64,000 nucleotides of DNA from Octopus bimaculoides (GCF_001194135.2 NC_068985.1:29578464-29642463), one strand, 5' to 3'. Counted from the first letter of the stretch, positions 1 through 13,830 are shown. The notes: a model not told the origin generated them from the letters alone. Program-made: numbers and translations.

Positions 1-152
1 GCGAAGACTTGTCGGGGCAAGCGAGCTCAGCTTGCGAAGACTTGTCGGGGCAAGCGAGCTCAGCTTGCGAAGACTTGTCGGGGCAAGCGAGCTCAGCTTG
101 CGAAGACTTGTCGGGGCAAGTGAGCTCAGCTTGCAAAGACCTGTTGGGGCAA
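1..152 (+). repeat. 33-bp tandem repeat (4 near-perfect units plus a degenerate fifth)
   Basis: Unit gcgaagacttgtcggggcaagcgagctcagctt starts at 1, 34, 67 and 100, with a decayed partial copy at 133. It leads into a retroposon 3' region ending in (ATG)n at ~620. Confidence 0.9.
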
Positions 153-159
153 GTGAGAT

Positions 160-620
160 TGAAACTGAACCAAATTCGATGACTGGCACCGGTGCTAGTG
201 GAGCGCTAACAGCGCCATCTGAGCGGGATCACTGCCAGAACAGTGGTCTCGCTTCTGTGCCGTTGGCATGTAAAAAGCACTATTTGAGCGCGACCGTTTC
301 CAGCTTTGCCTTACTGGCACTCGTGCTGGTGGCATGTGAACAAAACATTGGACTGACTCCTGTGCAGGTGGCATGTAAAAAAACACTATTTGAGCGTGGC
401 TGTTGCCAGTACCACCGGACTAGCCCTCGTACCAGTGGCACGTAAAAAGTACCCACTACACTCTCAGAGCAGTTGGTGTTAGGAAGAACATCCAGCTGTA
501 GAAACTCTGCCAGATCAGACTGGAGTTTGGTGTAGCCATCTGGTTCGCCAGTTCCCAGTCAAATCATCCAACCCATGCTAGCATGGAAAGCGGACATTAA
601 ATGATTATGATGATGATGAT
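160..620 (+). mobile_element. RTE-LINE-related 3' end/SINE with (ATG)n tail
   Basis: Shares the ...ccaacccatgctagcatggaaagcggacgttaaa(tga)n 3' end with the LINE at 1098-2178 and with further copies (~2815, 12600, 12995, 34760, 36205, 43340, 45500, 45780). Confidence 0.75.
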
Positions 621-1097
621 CTTAATCTTCTGTCATCTCATCTAACCTCTTTTCTTCCAAGTCTTTATTACTCTGTAGTTATCAAACCACATAATCTTAG
701 ACATCAATTCATGAAACATCTTTTTGTAACCAGAATTTAACAACTATTCATTTGTGTGTGTCTCAAACAAAACCTTTGATACCAAGCAATTTACTTAGCT
801 TGTTATTTAATGTTGTTTGTGCATCTGGAGCAGTTGCTCCCAGTCAGTGCACCATAACTCATTAGTGAGCCATCAAAATAATGAAATTATATATTAAAAG
901 TTTGAAAAGCACAAATTGAAATTCTAAATATAAAATTTCAATATCATACATAATATATCAGTAAATATATCAACCAAACTAAACTCAGAAAGGTTTGAAT
1001 TATTCCATTGATTGGTTCAAAAACCTGAAATTACTTTCTGTAAATGCATTTTTAACGTTACGTTGAAAGTATGCCAAAATCTTTATTATTTTTTCTA

Positions 1098-2178
1098 AGA
1101 TGTACCCGGTGCAAGCTATGGACACATAAGAGGTGCAGCAACATCAAAGGCAGGTTAACTAGCAAGTTAGTTTTTGTTTGTGGCAGATGTTCAGGTGCAA
1201 TAAAGACTGCAAACAAACAGGAAACAACTTCTATCTCATTCCAGGGTGAAAAACTAGAGGTAGTCGATAGCTTCCGCTATCTGGGCAACCAAGTTAGAAG
1301 TGGGGGTGGGTGCGCTGAAAGTGTAGCTGCTAGAATAAGAATAGCCTGGGCAAAGTTTAGAGAGCTCTTACCCCTGCTGGCGACAAAGGGACTCTCACTC
1401 AGAGTAAAAGGCAGACTGTATGACGCATGCGTANNNNNNNNNNNNNNNNNNNNNNNNNNNNNNNNNNNNNNNNNNNNNNNNNNNNNNNNNNNNNNNNNNN
1501 NNNNNNNNNNNNNNNNNNNNNNNNNNNNNNNNNNNNNNNNNNNNNNNNNNNNNNNNNNNNNNNNNNNNNNNNNNNNNNNNNNNNNNNNNNNNNNNNNNNN
1601 NNNNNNNNNNNNNNNNNNNNNNNNNNNNNNNNNNNNNNNNNNNNNNNNNNNNNNNNNNNNNNNNNNNNNNNNNNNNNNNNNNNNNNNNNNNNNNNNNNNN
1701 NNNNNNNNNNNNNNNNNNNNNNNNNNNNNNNNNNNNNNNNNNNNNNNNNNNNNNNNNNNNNNNNNNNNNNNNNNNNNNNNNNNNNNNNNNNNNNNNNNNN
1801 NNNNNNNNNNNNNNNNNNNNNNNNNNNNNNNNNNNNNNNNNNNNNNNNNNNNNNNNNNNNNNNNNNNNNNNNNNNNNNNNNNNNNNNNNNNNNNNNNNNN
1901 NNNNNNNNNNNNNNNNNNNNNNNNNNNNNNNNNNNNNNNNNNNNNNNNNNNGCACATAAAAGACACCATTTCGAGCGTGGCCGTTTTCGTGCGGGTGACA
2001 CCTAAAAGCACCCACTACACTCTGAGTGGTTGGCGTTAGGAAGGGCATCCAGCTGTAGAAACTCTGCCAAATTAGACTGGAGCCTGGTGTTGCCATCCGG
2101 TTTCACCAGTCCTCAGTCAAATCGTCCAACCCATGCTAGCATGGAAAGCGGACGTTAAACGATGATGATGATGATGAT
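1098..2178 (+). mobile_element. 5'-truncated RTE-like LINE, 3' part (interrupted by N gap)
   Basis: ORF segment LEVVDSFRYLGNQV...RIRIAWAKFRELLPLL...KGRLYDACV is typical of the region downstream of the RT core in RTE-type LINEs. It includes a C-x2-C...H-x2-C...C-x2-C segment and ends in a (GAT)n tail. Confidence 0.8.
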
Positions 2179-3016
2179 AAGGTGAACCACAAGTACAAAA
2201 AGATGAAAAAATAAACTTCAACTGAGAACCAATGATCTAGAGTCTCATAATCACTTATTTTAATTAAATTAAATTTATGTTCCAAATATTTAGATGCAGT
2301 AGATATGCAACTGACTTTGAAGCATTAAACTTTCTTTCACCATTTGCATAATGTGGCTCTTGTACATGGAGAAAAAGACTTTGTTGTTGTCATAGCTTAA
2401 CTTCAGAGCACACGTCTTATTGAGTACAGCAAGGTGCCAGACATCCTGGTCCTTTTGTCATCTTACCTGAGAAGTGTAGTGCTCTGACATTCCATTTGAA
2501 CTATTGCAGGTTAACACTTGTAAGAAAGACATGAGCAGAGAGAAGATTCCAGAGGACTGCTGTTCTTGGAATTAAAAAGAAAAGGATTGGGAAAAAGGTA
2601 ACTTAATCACTCAATAAATCGAGATTGATAGAATAAGTGCTAGACTGAAATAGTTACAGGTGTGACTGTATTGTAAGAAGCTTGCTTCCCAACCGCATGG
2701 TTCTAGGTTCAGTCCCACAGCATAGCACCTTGCACGAGTGTCTTCTACTTTAGCCTTGGGCTGACCAAGTGGATTTGTTAGATGGAAAGAGAAAGATGCC
2801 CATCATGTTTATGTCATCATCATCATTTAACATGTTTTCCATGCTGGCATGGGTTGGACAGTTTGAAAGGAGCTGGTAATGCCTGGGGCTGCACCAAGCT
2901 TCCTTGTCTGTCCTGACATGGTTTCTATAGCTGATGCTCTTCCTAATGCCAACCGCTTAACAGAGTGTACTGGGTGCTTTTTATCTGGTACTAGCACCAG
3001 TACTTTTTGCATGGTA

Positions 3017-3047
<31 letters not shown>

Positions 3048-3460
3048 NNNNNNNNNNNNNNNNNNNNNNNNNNNNNNNNNNNNNNNNNNNNNNNNNNNNN
3101 NNNNNNNNNNNNNNNNNNNNNNNNNNNNNNNNNNNNNNNNNNNNNNNGTTTAGAATAGTTGAAAATCAGTCTTTTTCAATCATTATAAGAATTTGGGCCA
3201 TCTTTAATAGATGAATTGTCGATAAAAACTTAATATTTTAGGTAGATAGTGAGGTTCACTACAAAGTTTGTAAAAATTTTTTAATGAATTGGGATTTGTT
3301 TTTTAATTGGAGAAAAAAACCCAAAACTCATGACAATTGTTAGTAACTTTCAAAGAAAACAGGAGATAATTTCAAGAAATTAGGATTAATTTCATAGAAA
3401 ATTCAATTTTTATTCCTTGGGGAAAATCTTTACTTTGAAGAGTAACTTTTATAGACTTAC

Positions 3461-6400
3461 CAAATAAATTTTGGATATCCTCTTCAGTAGTATTGTAGGG
3501 TGGACCTAAAGAAACATGAAGATATAAATCATTATTGAATATGATATGCTAAATTCCTTTCATGAACTTGTGAATTTTGTCTCCTTATTCTCTATATAGA
3601 TTTACATGTAGCTTTTCATATCAGCATTAATGGTATGTTTTAGGAAATTCTGCATAAATAGGAGCGAATTTGGTAGACAGTAACAATGCAGAAGTATGCC
3701 ATATACATATCATAATCATTACCATTATCACTTCATGTCCATTTTCCATGCTTGCATAGGTTGTGTGGTGTGTATTTCAGTCTCTCTGTTCGACAATTGC
3801 TGTTGGCTTGTTCATGTCTCTGTAACTTAGCAGTTCAGCAAGAGAATGGTACACTAAATACACTAAACTGAAAAATAATTACTGGGTCAATTTCATTTGC
3901 TAAATCCTTCAAGATGGTGCCCCAGAACAGTTGCAGTCCAATGACAGAAACCAGCAAAGGAGTCAAAGGAAAAGGAGTCTATATCTGCTTAGCTGTGAAG
4001 AGATTTAAGCCCTGGTTGTTCAGCTCTAGCTTCATGAGGAGTAGATGAAGAGGAAATTTTACTCTGGTTATGACTACAGGTCACTATTGTTGTTTGTTGT
4101 CCTTACAGACGTATGTAATACTGAACACACTCTGTGTGGCATACATGCAGCTCTTGCAGAGTACTTTACTATCATAGCTCTTGCAGGGTACTTTACTGCA
4201 ATATTTAGGAAGTGTGGCATCTTGAGGAAGTATCTACAATCATAGTCTCAGATTTACCAATGCTTTTCAAGTGAAATTTGGTAAATAGAAATTATACAGA
4301 AGCAAGTCTCCCACCATCACCAACACAATTGCTGCTTTTGCATCATAGATACAATCCATCTAATACTGAAACCCTTCTATGCAGTCTTTGACTACCCTAT
4401 TTCACTTTTTAACCATTTTGTCATATGTGTGTGTATGTTAACATTGCTTATATACTACATAAGACAAAGTCAAGTAACTTGGTGATTCAATGTGTAAAAA
4501 TATGGAATAAAGTTCCTTAACTGGAAATAAGAGTTGACACCAGGAAAGGCATGTGGCCATAGAAAACTGCCACAAAATGTCTCATTCCAACCATGCAAGC
4601 ATGGAAAAAGCAATTACAATAGTGATAATGATAATGGGGTATGATTTGAGGTGGATTTGGTGGCTATTTCTAGTAGATTAAATGATCACATAAAACCTCC
4701 CTCATTGGTCCATGTATTTAAGCATGCTGTTCCGTTTTTAACTGCAGTGTATATTTTGCACATTCACTGCACATATTGACTGTGCGTATTTACTATACAT
4801 ACCATGTTTCTATCATTTCTTTCACTTAGGACACACTGTTCACTCTTATATTTCCATTATTTCACCTCATTTCTCCTCCACCTTCCTATCTCTAATCATA
4901 GACCAATGCATGAAATCTTTCTCAGTCTTTGCCAATTTTCTTTCAAACAATTTTAACCATTCCATTAAAGCTCCCCACCTACTTCCCTCACACTATTTCT
5001 TCTCCAAATCCAACGTTGTGTGTATTTATTTCATTCTCTAATGTGTCCCTTTTTCTACAGTCCATACGTAATCATCTCTCACCACTTCCCTTCCATTTCA
5101 ACTGACCTGGCTCTTGCTAATACTTTTCACTGCTCCTCACCCTCATTTTACTTCTTCACACATTACTCTATTTCCATAATACACTGTCCTTTTCCTCTCC
5201 TCCCACCATACAAACACCCTACACTGCTCTGTNNNNNNNNNNNNNNNNNNNNNNNNNNNNNNNNNNNNNNNNNNNNNNNNNNNNNNNNNNNNNNNNNNNN
5301 NNNNNNNNNNNNNNNNNNNNNNNNNNNNNNNNNNNNNNNNNNNNNNNNNNNNNNNNNNNNNNNNNNNNNNNNNNNNNNNNNNNNNNNNNNNNNNNNNNNN
5401 NNNNNNNNNNNNNNNNNNNNNNNNNNNNNNNNNNNNNNNNNNNNNNNNNNNNNNNNNNNNNNNNNNNNNNNNNNNNNAAATATACTCAAATATAAAATGG
5501 AGGATTTTTTTTCTTTTACAGTGTCCCTCAAAAATGAAAGGTCCTTATTTTTAAGTCTTTTTGGAAAGTGTTTCATGTTTACTTAGAAATTTATATGAAC
5601 TTCAATATAAGTGGTTCATATTCTTGTGAGGGATGATTTTCAAAGAAAGGAAAATCTCACCATATATTCAAGTGGTTATAGTGTATCTTGCTCTATCATT
5701 CTTCATTTACCTGGAAATAACGAAGGGTCATACTGCATTGCGGAAATCATATAGCGACAGTCAGGGGAAAGTAACCCTTTTATCACCTGGGCATACCTAA
5801 ATGCAACAACAACAACAATTATATCTTTCAAAATAAAATATTTTCTCTTTATACTGTTGAAGTTCAGAGGAAAGAATAAAGAAAAGAAAATTTTAAAAAA
5901 AAGTAATTCAATTGCATTTTTTAAATACTCCTGATATTGGATTCAAATTTTGGCTAAAAACACCCATGTTTCCAGAGGTGAATTATTGAAACCCCAAAGA
6001 ATTCCTCTTAACACATGGCTATGATGCTCCCTCACTACTTCTGCTCATGATCAGAGATACACATAACATCATCCATTAAGGGACATGCTCAACTGGTTAA
6101 AGTCAAGCAACCGACAAGCAAATCTGCGATATTAAGCAGAATATTTGCTGTAGCCCATCTTTTATACCAAGACAAAACAATGTACATAACACTTTTAATC
6201 AGTTAAGATCAGAAGCCATGAGAGCCACTGCCTGGTACTGCATCCGGGCATTTATTATTATTATTATTGAGTGGGAGACGTACATGCCATCACAGTGAGA
6301 CTGGGGTAAAATGTATGAAGCCCAGGATACCCATCATGACTACCCATCTGATAAGGGTACACAAGGCACATGCATCACAACTATATGTGCGTGACATGGT

Positions 6401-9400
6401 GAGCTCATATCAAGATTAACAGTGCATGACCTTGCAGGTGGGGCCCAGTTAGAATTTTCTTCAGGTTGAGTAGCCCATCCCGCTCAAATGGTCCTTGAAT
6501 AAGGGTTGTTTAAGGATGATGAATGAAATACCCATGTTTCCAGAGGTGAATTATCCAAACCCCAAAGAATTCCTCTCAACACATGGCTATGATACTCCCC
6601 ACTGCTTCTGGTCATGATTAGAGATACAGGTATCATCATCCATTAAGGGACATGCTCAACTGGTTAAGGTCGAACAACCGACAAGCAAATCTGCGGTATT
6701 AAGCAGAATATTTGCTGTAGCCCATCTTTTATACGAAGACAAAATATCATTATTATTATCACCATTATTATTATTATTAATATTATTACTATTATTAAGG
6801 TAGCGAGTTAGCAGAATCATTAGCATGCCGGGCTAAATGCTCACCAACATTTGATCCATCCTTGTTCTGAGTTCAAATTCCGCCATGGTCAACTTTGCCA
6901 TACCTACTTTTGGGGTTGATAAATTAAGTACCAGTGAAACACTGGGGTTGATGTAATTGATTAGTGCTCTGCCCCAAAATTTCACTATGCAAGAAGGTTT
7001 TCTTATAATTAATCAATATGAATGACAGTTAAGTCAAATATGCAAATACAATCATTCATCAACAGGTGCTATGCGTAGTATACTTAAAATCAGATGGCCC
7101 GAACACATAAGCAATATGGAGCTATGGCAAAGAATGAATCAAGTTTCAATTAGGGAGCAAATATTTAAGAAAAAGTGGAAGTGGATTGGTAACATAATTA
7201 GAAAGGACACACCAAATGTAGCGAAAAGTGCTTTACAGTGGAATCCGGATGGATATAGGAAGAGGGATAGGCCTAAGAACTCGTGGCGTAATTCAACACA
7301 AAAGGAACTAGAGAAAGGGGGACATTCATAGCAGAGTATAAGTACAGAAGCGAAAACTATTGTGACATGGAATTCTATTATAAGTGGCCGATACTCTGCA
7401 TTGGAGAATTACAGGCAAGAAAGAAAATATATTACCATCATTAGTAATATTATGCAATTAACATATATTATATCATCATGACTATGTAATTATGTTGTTG
7501 TCATTAAACAATTATTACCAACCTTTCTCTGGTTTTGGGGCTGATAGCAACAAGAGCTCCTCGATCCCAAATAGCATTAAACTGTCCTTCAAAATCCCTG
7601 TGATTTGGCAGAAAAGAAAAAGAAAAATTAATTGCAAGATTTATTACAATTGGTTGAAATGTAAAGCACTTCTAATTATATTCTGGAAGAAAAGAAATAA
7701 CCTATTTTTACTTCCTTTATTTTAGTTCAGTTAAAGGAAGGCCTGGAAGGAATTACTGCAAGTGAAATAAATGTCAGAGATGCTTTGCCCCATGCAGAAA
7801 CTAGGAGCTACTTCCTGTACACATCACATGAATGGGGCAGTAAGGACTGAAGTAGCCTTTGTCTGAAAAAGGATTCCATCTGCAGTTCCTTGTCAACCAC
7901 CACCACTTTNNNNNNNNNNNNNNNNNNNNNNNNNNNNNNNNNNNNNNNNNNNNNNNNNNNNNNNNNNNNNNNNNNNNNNNNNNNNNNNNNNNNNNNNNNN
8001 NNNNNNNNNNNNNNNNNNNNNNNNNNNNNNNNNNNNNNNNNNNNNNNNNNNNNNNNNNNNNNNNNNNNNNNNNNNNNNNNNNNNNNNNNNNNNNNNNNNN
8101 NNNNNNNNNNNNNNNNNNNNNTAATAATAATTAACAATCATTGTAAATTAAAGAAGAAAGCAAAACAGCCACATTCATTAATAAAATAACATCTAATTAT
8201 ATTTTATCAAAATTTAAATAGATAAATTAATAATAACTGTCGTCATTGTCCATTTTTCTCTGCTTGGACACTGAAAAGGTCAGCAACCTGTAGAAAATCT
8301 GCCTCGATAAAATCCATCTGATTTCATGCAAGCAAAGAAAAATAGAAGCTGAATGATGATGATGATGCAAATGAGGATCTCTAATTATCAAATGGCTAAT
8401 TAATACATGTAGCTGATATAGAATAAAGATATGTAGCTGGCATGGAATAAATGCTACAAAGCACTTTTATTCAGTTTATCAATTTACGAGCAATTCCTTT
8501 CTCGCATCTGTCCCAAATCAATACCATTGGCATTTCTCTCTGAAGATTTTTTTCTACAACAGGAGGAAATTGAAATTCTTGGACATGAGAAACAGCTACC
8601 ACAGCCACTACTACATCACCACCAATACTGCCCTTCCTGTTGCCAACTCTCATCTGTTTCCAAACAAGTTAATATTTCCCCATATCCAGACATCATGTGA
8701 TCACGTGATATACATCACTGGTTACAATGTGCTCCTCATCATTTTAGCTTTCAAATGATACCATCCCATTGGCTGGGCGAGCAGGCCAATGTCCACAATT
8801 GATATTGGAAATGAATGACATTGCTTCTTTGACAGTGACACACATTTACAACTACAACATGATGTTAAGTCAGGGAGAGACAAACCCATGCACCACCACA
8901 CACATACACACAACTGGCTTTTTTTAAGCTCTAGGCTATAGGAGATTCCTATAAGGTTGCTATTCACCCCTGATTGGAACTCTCCCGTATGACATGTATG
9001 CATGCTCAGTGACTTGCTTTAACTTCCGCAGACGCAAATACTGCTGTATATGCAGCCACTATAGAGGGAAGAATGTAGACGGCAAAGTTATTTCACTACA
9101 CAGATATCCTGCAAATGAAGCTATTCGTTGTATTTGGCTTCAGAGATCAAGACTTGTGAGGAAAGACTTTGTTTACACTGCAAATAGCCAAATGTGTTGG
9201 CAGCATTTCGTCAATTTTAATGGACCATCGAAAGATCACTCCTTGCCATCTGTTTTTCCAAACAAAGTATTTAAAATATCAGTAAGTGCATGATCATATA
9301 CGCAGTTAGTAGATGAGAGAAATGTCTCTTTGATTTATCTCCTCATTAACAGATTAGAACATGTTAAAATTCAAGAGAGAAANNNNNNNNNNNNNNNNNN

Positions 9401-12400
9401 NNNNNNNNNNNNNNNNNNNNNNNNNNNNNNNNNNNNNNNNNNNNNNNNNNNNNNNNNNNNNNNNNNNNNNNNNNNNNNNNNNNNNNNNNNNNNNNNNNNN
9501 NNNNNNNNNNNNNNNNNNNNNNNNNNNNNNNNNNNNNNNNNNNNNNNNNNNNNNNNNNNNNNNNNNNNNNNNNNNNNNNNNNNNNNNNNNNNNNNNNNNN
9601 NNNNNNNNNNNNNNNNNNNNNNNNNNNNNNNNNNNNNNNNNNNNNNNNNNNNNNNNNNNNNNNNNNNNNNNNNNNNNNNNNNNNNNNNNNNNNNNNNNNN
9701 NNNNNNNNNNNNNNNNNNNNNNNNNNNNNNNNNNNNNNNNNNNNNNNNNNNNNNNNNNNNNNNNNNNNNNNNNNNNNNNNNNNNNNNNNNNNNNNNNNNN
9801 NNNNNNNNNNNNNNNNNNNNNNNNNNNNNNNNNNNNNNNNNNNNNNNNNNNNNNNNNNNNNNNNNNNNNNNNNNNNNNNNNNNNNNNNNNNNNNNNNNNN
9901 NNNNNNNNNNNNNNNNNNNNNNNNNNNNNNNNNNNNNNNNNNNNNNNNNNNNNNNNNNNNNNNNNNNNNNNNNNNNNNNNNNNNNNNNNNNNNNNNNNNN
10001 NNNNNNNNNNNNNNNNNNNNNNNNNNNNNNNNNNNNNNNNNNNNNNNNNNNNNNNNNNNNNNNNNNNNNNNNNNNNNNNNNNNNNNNNNNNNNNNNNNNN
10101 NNNNNNNNNNNNNNNNNNNNNNNNNNNNNNNNNNNNNNNNNNNNNNNNNNNNNNNNNNNNNNNNNNNNNNNNNNNNNNNNNNNNNNNNNNNNNNNNNNNN
10201 NNNNNNNNNNNNNNNNNNNNNNNNNNNNNNNNNNNNNNNNNNNNNNTTTAGTAGAGTTTAAAAAAATGCAATACTTACTTTGAAAATTTAAACATATCCA
10301 TGCAATATAGTTTGATTTTCCCATCTTTGCTCTAGATGAAAGATAAAATTCAAATGAAATACTTATTGAAACAATTTTTGAACAGCTAACTTCATTTTTC
10401 TGGATTTCTTTACTATAATATTATAATTTCAGTTCTTAAGTTGCCATTTATTATAAACTCATTAGTATTCTGATCACTCTGTCAAATATGATTGCTTATT
10501 TTATTCTCATCATTCTGTATTACTCATGCATTGTCTCATAGCTTCGAGATTCCAGTGCTGTGATTGTTTCTTTTTAGAATGACATTGTAGGGAAGGTGAT
10601 AGAGGCTGGATCTGACCAGTTTGAACATAAAACACAGAATATTTCAGCCAGATTTGACCGGTTTAAATGCAAAACAACTAAGCATCATGTATGTGTAAAT
10701 GCACTTAAGGTGAGAATGAACTCACAAACACCACCACCACCAAAATGAATATTTACTGTAAAGAGTTTTCCTGTGTTGTCCTTTAATTCTTCAACAGTAT
10801 ATTCCAAATTCTGGTCTGTAAAGAATTCCTGGAAAGCTTGTTCTGCAATATCAACTCCAACAACATTATGCCCTTTATCTGCTAATCTGAAAAATAAACA
10901 AATTACACATGTATATATATGCATCATCATCATCAACATCGTTTAACATCCACCTAAATTTATACACACACATCACTGGAGATAATGTTCTGTTGGATCC
11001 TCATAAATTTATTGGGTGAGGTAAAAACAAGAGCAGAGAAGGAGTTCCAGAGGGATGTAAGGCTGAGAAAAGGATTGGAAACAGTATTTATTACAGGATG
11101 AGAAGTTGCATCTCAATGGGTGATTGCTAAAAAGGGACATCATTTTTATTAGAAGTTGTTCTCATTACTTGGAAGTAGATCAGCTCCCATTAGCAAGCTC
11201 TTGAACAAGTATTTCAGCATGTGGGTAACCTACACCCTTGACACAGAGCCACTGTGTCTATGTTGCTACTGGTATTTACAGAATACTAATGCAAAAGATT
11301 TCCAATCAAAGACCTGCCGTTAGTTAATGAAGAAGCTTGAATCCATAAGTAATGGCCTTGGAAGCTATTGCATCTTTCAGACGGTGCATAAAACTTGTGG
11401 ACTATTTAGTATTAATTAGTGATNNNNNNNNNNNNNNNNNNNNNNNNNNNNNNNNNNNNNNNNNNNNNNNNNNNNNNNNNNNNNNNNNNNNNNNNNNNNN
11501 NNNNNNNNNNNNNNNNNNNNNNNNNNNNNNNNNNNNNNNNNNNNNNNNNNNNNNNNNNNNNNNNNNNNNNNNNNNNNNNNNNNNNNNNNNNNNNNNNNNN
11601 NNNNNNNNNNNNNNNNNNNNNNNNNNNNNNNNNNNNNNNNNNNNNNNNNNNNNNNNNNNNNNNNNNNNNNNNNNNNNNNNNNNNNNNNNNNNNNNNNNNN
11701 NNNNNNNNNNNNNNNNNNNNNNNNNNNNNNNNNNNNNNNNNNNNNNNNNNNNNNNNNNNNNNNNNNNNNNNNNNNNNNTGCTGCTTTTTTTTATAAGGTG
11801 TTCAAGTAATCTCCTAACTTCAGGATCATGTTATTGAGTCACTGTTATTCAAAGACAATACTTACTTTTTCATATCTACAGATTTCCCACAGAGGGGAAA
11901 CAAAATTTTTATTCCATTTCTTCCATCAATAAATTTGTCCAAATGTTTCTCAAGCGATCTTAAAGACAAAGGAAAAGAACAGCAAAAATAAACAATTATT
12001 TCAATAATATTCAATACAAATAATATTTTTTTTTGACAGAGTACCATGCCAATTTTTTTGACAGAGTACCATCTGATTGTGAGAACAATGACTGCAAAAT
12101 GTATTTGCTAGCAAGGAAAAGAAAACAGACATTAAACAAATAAATTAATTTTCATGTAACAGAAATAGTGGATTGACCCCTCTAATTCTTGTTTCCCTTC
12201 ATCTTCTCCCTACCCCTCTTACATGCCACCCCTTCATTTCTGTTACCATTTGCTGACAACACTACTTCTCTCTCTCTCTCTGTCTCACTTGGAAGAAAAG
12301 GTAAGGGCGAAAGAATGGTAATTAGACTTAGCAAACTCTTCTAAGAACTTTACTTATAGGTTAACCCATTTGAAACCAACCCACCAGAGTTTGACCCTCA

Positions 12401-13830
12401 TTTTATGATACAAATTTCTCATTTTAACCCTTTAACTTTTAAAGTGGACATATCTGGCCAAAATGTTCTACTTACTTTATGTTCAAACTGGCCAGATCTA
12501 ACATCTCACACCTACCCTGAATGTCATTTTGAACATAAACAAACGCATCATCAAAATCTCAAGGTTATAAGATAATGCAGGATAAATTCAAGACAATCAT
12601 CATCATCCTCTTCCTTTTCCTCTTTATCATCAGCATTTAGCATCTGCTTTCCATGCTAGCATGGGTTAGATGGCTTGTTTGAAACTGCTAAACTGGAAAG
12701 CTGCACCAGGTTCCAATCTGATTTAGCATGGTTTCTACAGCTGGATGCCCTTCCTAAATGCCAACCACTCCGTCTGACAGAATAATCTGAACACTAAAGG
12801 GTAAAGTGATCTAAATAAAAAGTTTCTTTTAAAATTTCATGTTGATTTATGTTTCAAACATCATTTTAATTACTGCAAAGTTATTTTATTATTAAACTCT
12901 TCATTATTTTCAGAATTAATTAAAACAAAGACTGTGTATTTTAACAGAAATATGGTAACAAACGAGTTGACTATGATGCAGCATCAGTGATGTCATCATC
13001 ATCATCCTCATCATCGTCGTCGTTTAACGTCCGCTTTCCATGCTAGCATGGGTTGGACGATTTGACTGAGGACTGGTGAAACCAGATGGCTACACCAGGC
13101 TCCAATCTGATTTGGCAGAGTTTCTACAGCTGGATGCCCTTCCTAATGCCAACCACTCAGAGTGTAGTGGGTGCTTTTACGTGCCACCCGCACGAAGGCC
13201 AGTCAGGAGGTACTGGCAACGGCCACGCTCAAAATGGTGTATTTTAAGTGCCACCTGCACAAGAGCCAGTCCATGGGCACTGGCAACGATCTCGCTCGAA
13301 TGTCCTTACACATGCCGCGGACACAAGTGCCGACAGGAAATAGTCATCCCTCAGCATCCTTATCAATTCAAGACATGTAAGGGAGCCTCTAGGCAGTCAC
13401 CTATGTGTTAGAAGTCGCAGATGAGCCTCCCTCAAATAACACTGCTATCTTATAAAGGGTAGATCACCTGTGCTATGTAGCTCTTAAACAATAAAAAAAA
13501 CAGCCCCTGGGATCATATCTTGGGTCTAGTGGGACTGACTTTAGGTCTGTCATAAGTTTAAAGGCTCATTAGGTCAAAGTTTATTTCAGTTTCCATGGCA
13601 TATGAAAATAACTAAATAGTATGGCAACACAATCATGGCAAAACTAGACAGTTACAACTTGAGCCAAATGTGGTGCTTGATTAAGTTAACTAGTTAAAAG
13701 ATAATTGAGTAGCTTACATGTGCATTTCCTCCCTGTGGAAAGGAATATTTCTAGTGGTCCACCGATTGATCCAGTAACCATTTTCATCAAATTCGGCATC
13801 AGAGGTAGCTTTCTTTTCACTCTCAGTCAT
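3461..13830 (-). CDS. TPMT: Thiopurine S-methyltransferase-like gene, copy A (7 coding exons visible; canonical last exon not seen, possibly in gap 3048-3147)
   Basis: GT-AG exons 13830-13718, 11958-11866, 10886-10757, 10331-10279, 7597-7523, 5796-5711, 3505-3461 (113/93/130/53/75/86/45 nt) splice in frame. Motifs: [54 protein letters not shown]. Exon sizes and phases match human TPMT as recalled (93/133/53/75/86/45). Confidence 0.95.
4800..5232 (+). mobile_element. Decayed Penelope-like element (GIY-YIG endonuclease remnant), left-arm copy
   Basis: Broken reading gives SKSNVVCI...C, FHFN*PG and LILLLHTL, resembling PLE endonuclease motifs (SSNVVY.I.C, HFN.PGH, LIF.LGTL). Mirrored at 40310-40800. 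Confidence 0.45.
7013..7425 (+). mobile_element. RTE-type LINE C-terminal fragment, copy-A-specific
   Basis: LRSILKIRWPEHISNMELW...WKWIGNIIRK...ALQWNPDGYRKRDRPKNSW. Absent at the matching site of the right arm (~38990). Confidence 0.8.
8994..9293 (+). CDS. THAP (C2CH) zinc-finger domain ORF/exon, probably the 5' part of a THAP-transposase element
   Basis: CCIC...ISLHRYP...IW...MCWQHF...LPSVFP has the C-x2-C/C-x2-H ligands plus the conserved P, W, F, P of THAP domains. Donor gtaagt at 9282 in phase 0, followed by an 865-N gap. Confidence 0.8.
   Translation: MYACSVTCFNFRRRKYCCICSHYRGKNVDGKVISLHRYPANEAIRCIWLQRSRLVRKDFVYTANSQMCWQHFVNFNGPSKDHSLPSVFPNKVFKISVSA

Noticed and set aside
1-152. 33-bp repeats as a CRISPR array
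   Set aside because: Units are directly adjacent with no spacers, and the context is a eukaryotic retroposon.
5958-6746. ~220-bp direct repeat (5958-6178, 6527-6746) as an LTR pair
   Set aside because: No LTR termini; it looks like two pieces of one interspersed repeat with an (AAT)n tail, partly deleted in arm B.
13061-13085. CTGAGGA-ctggt-GAAAC in the (ATG)n-tail retroposon (also ~2100 minus, ~36258) as a hammerhead
   Set aside because: No stem II can form, and no GUH or stem I follows.
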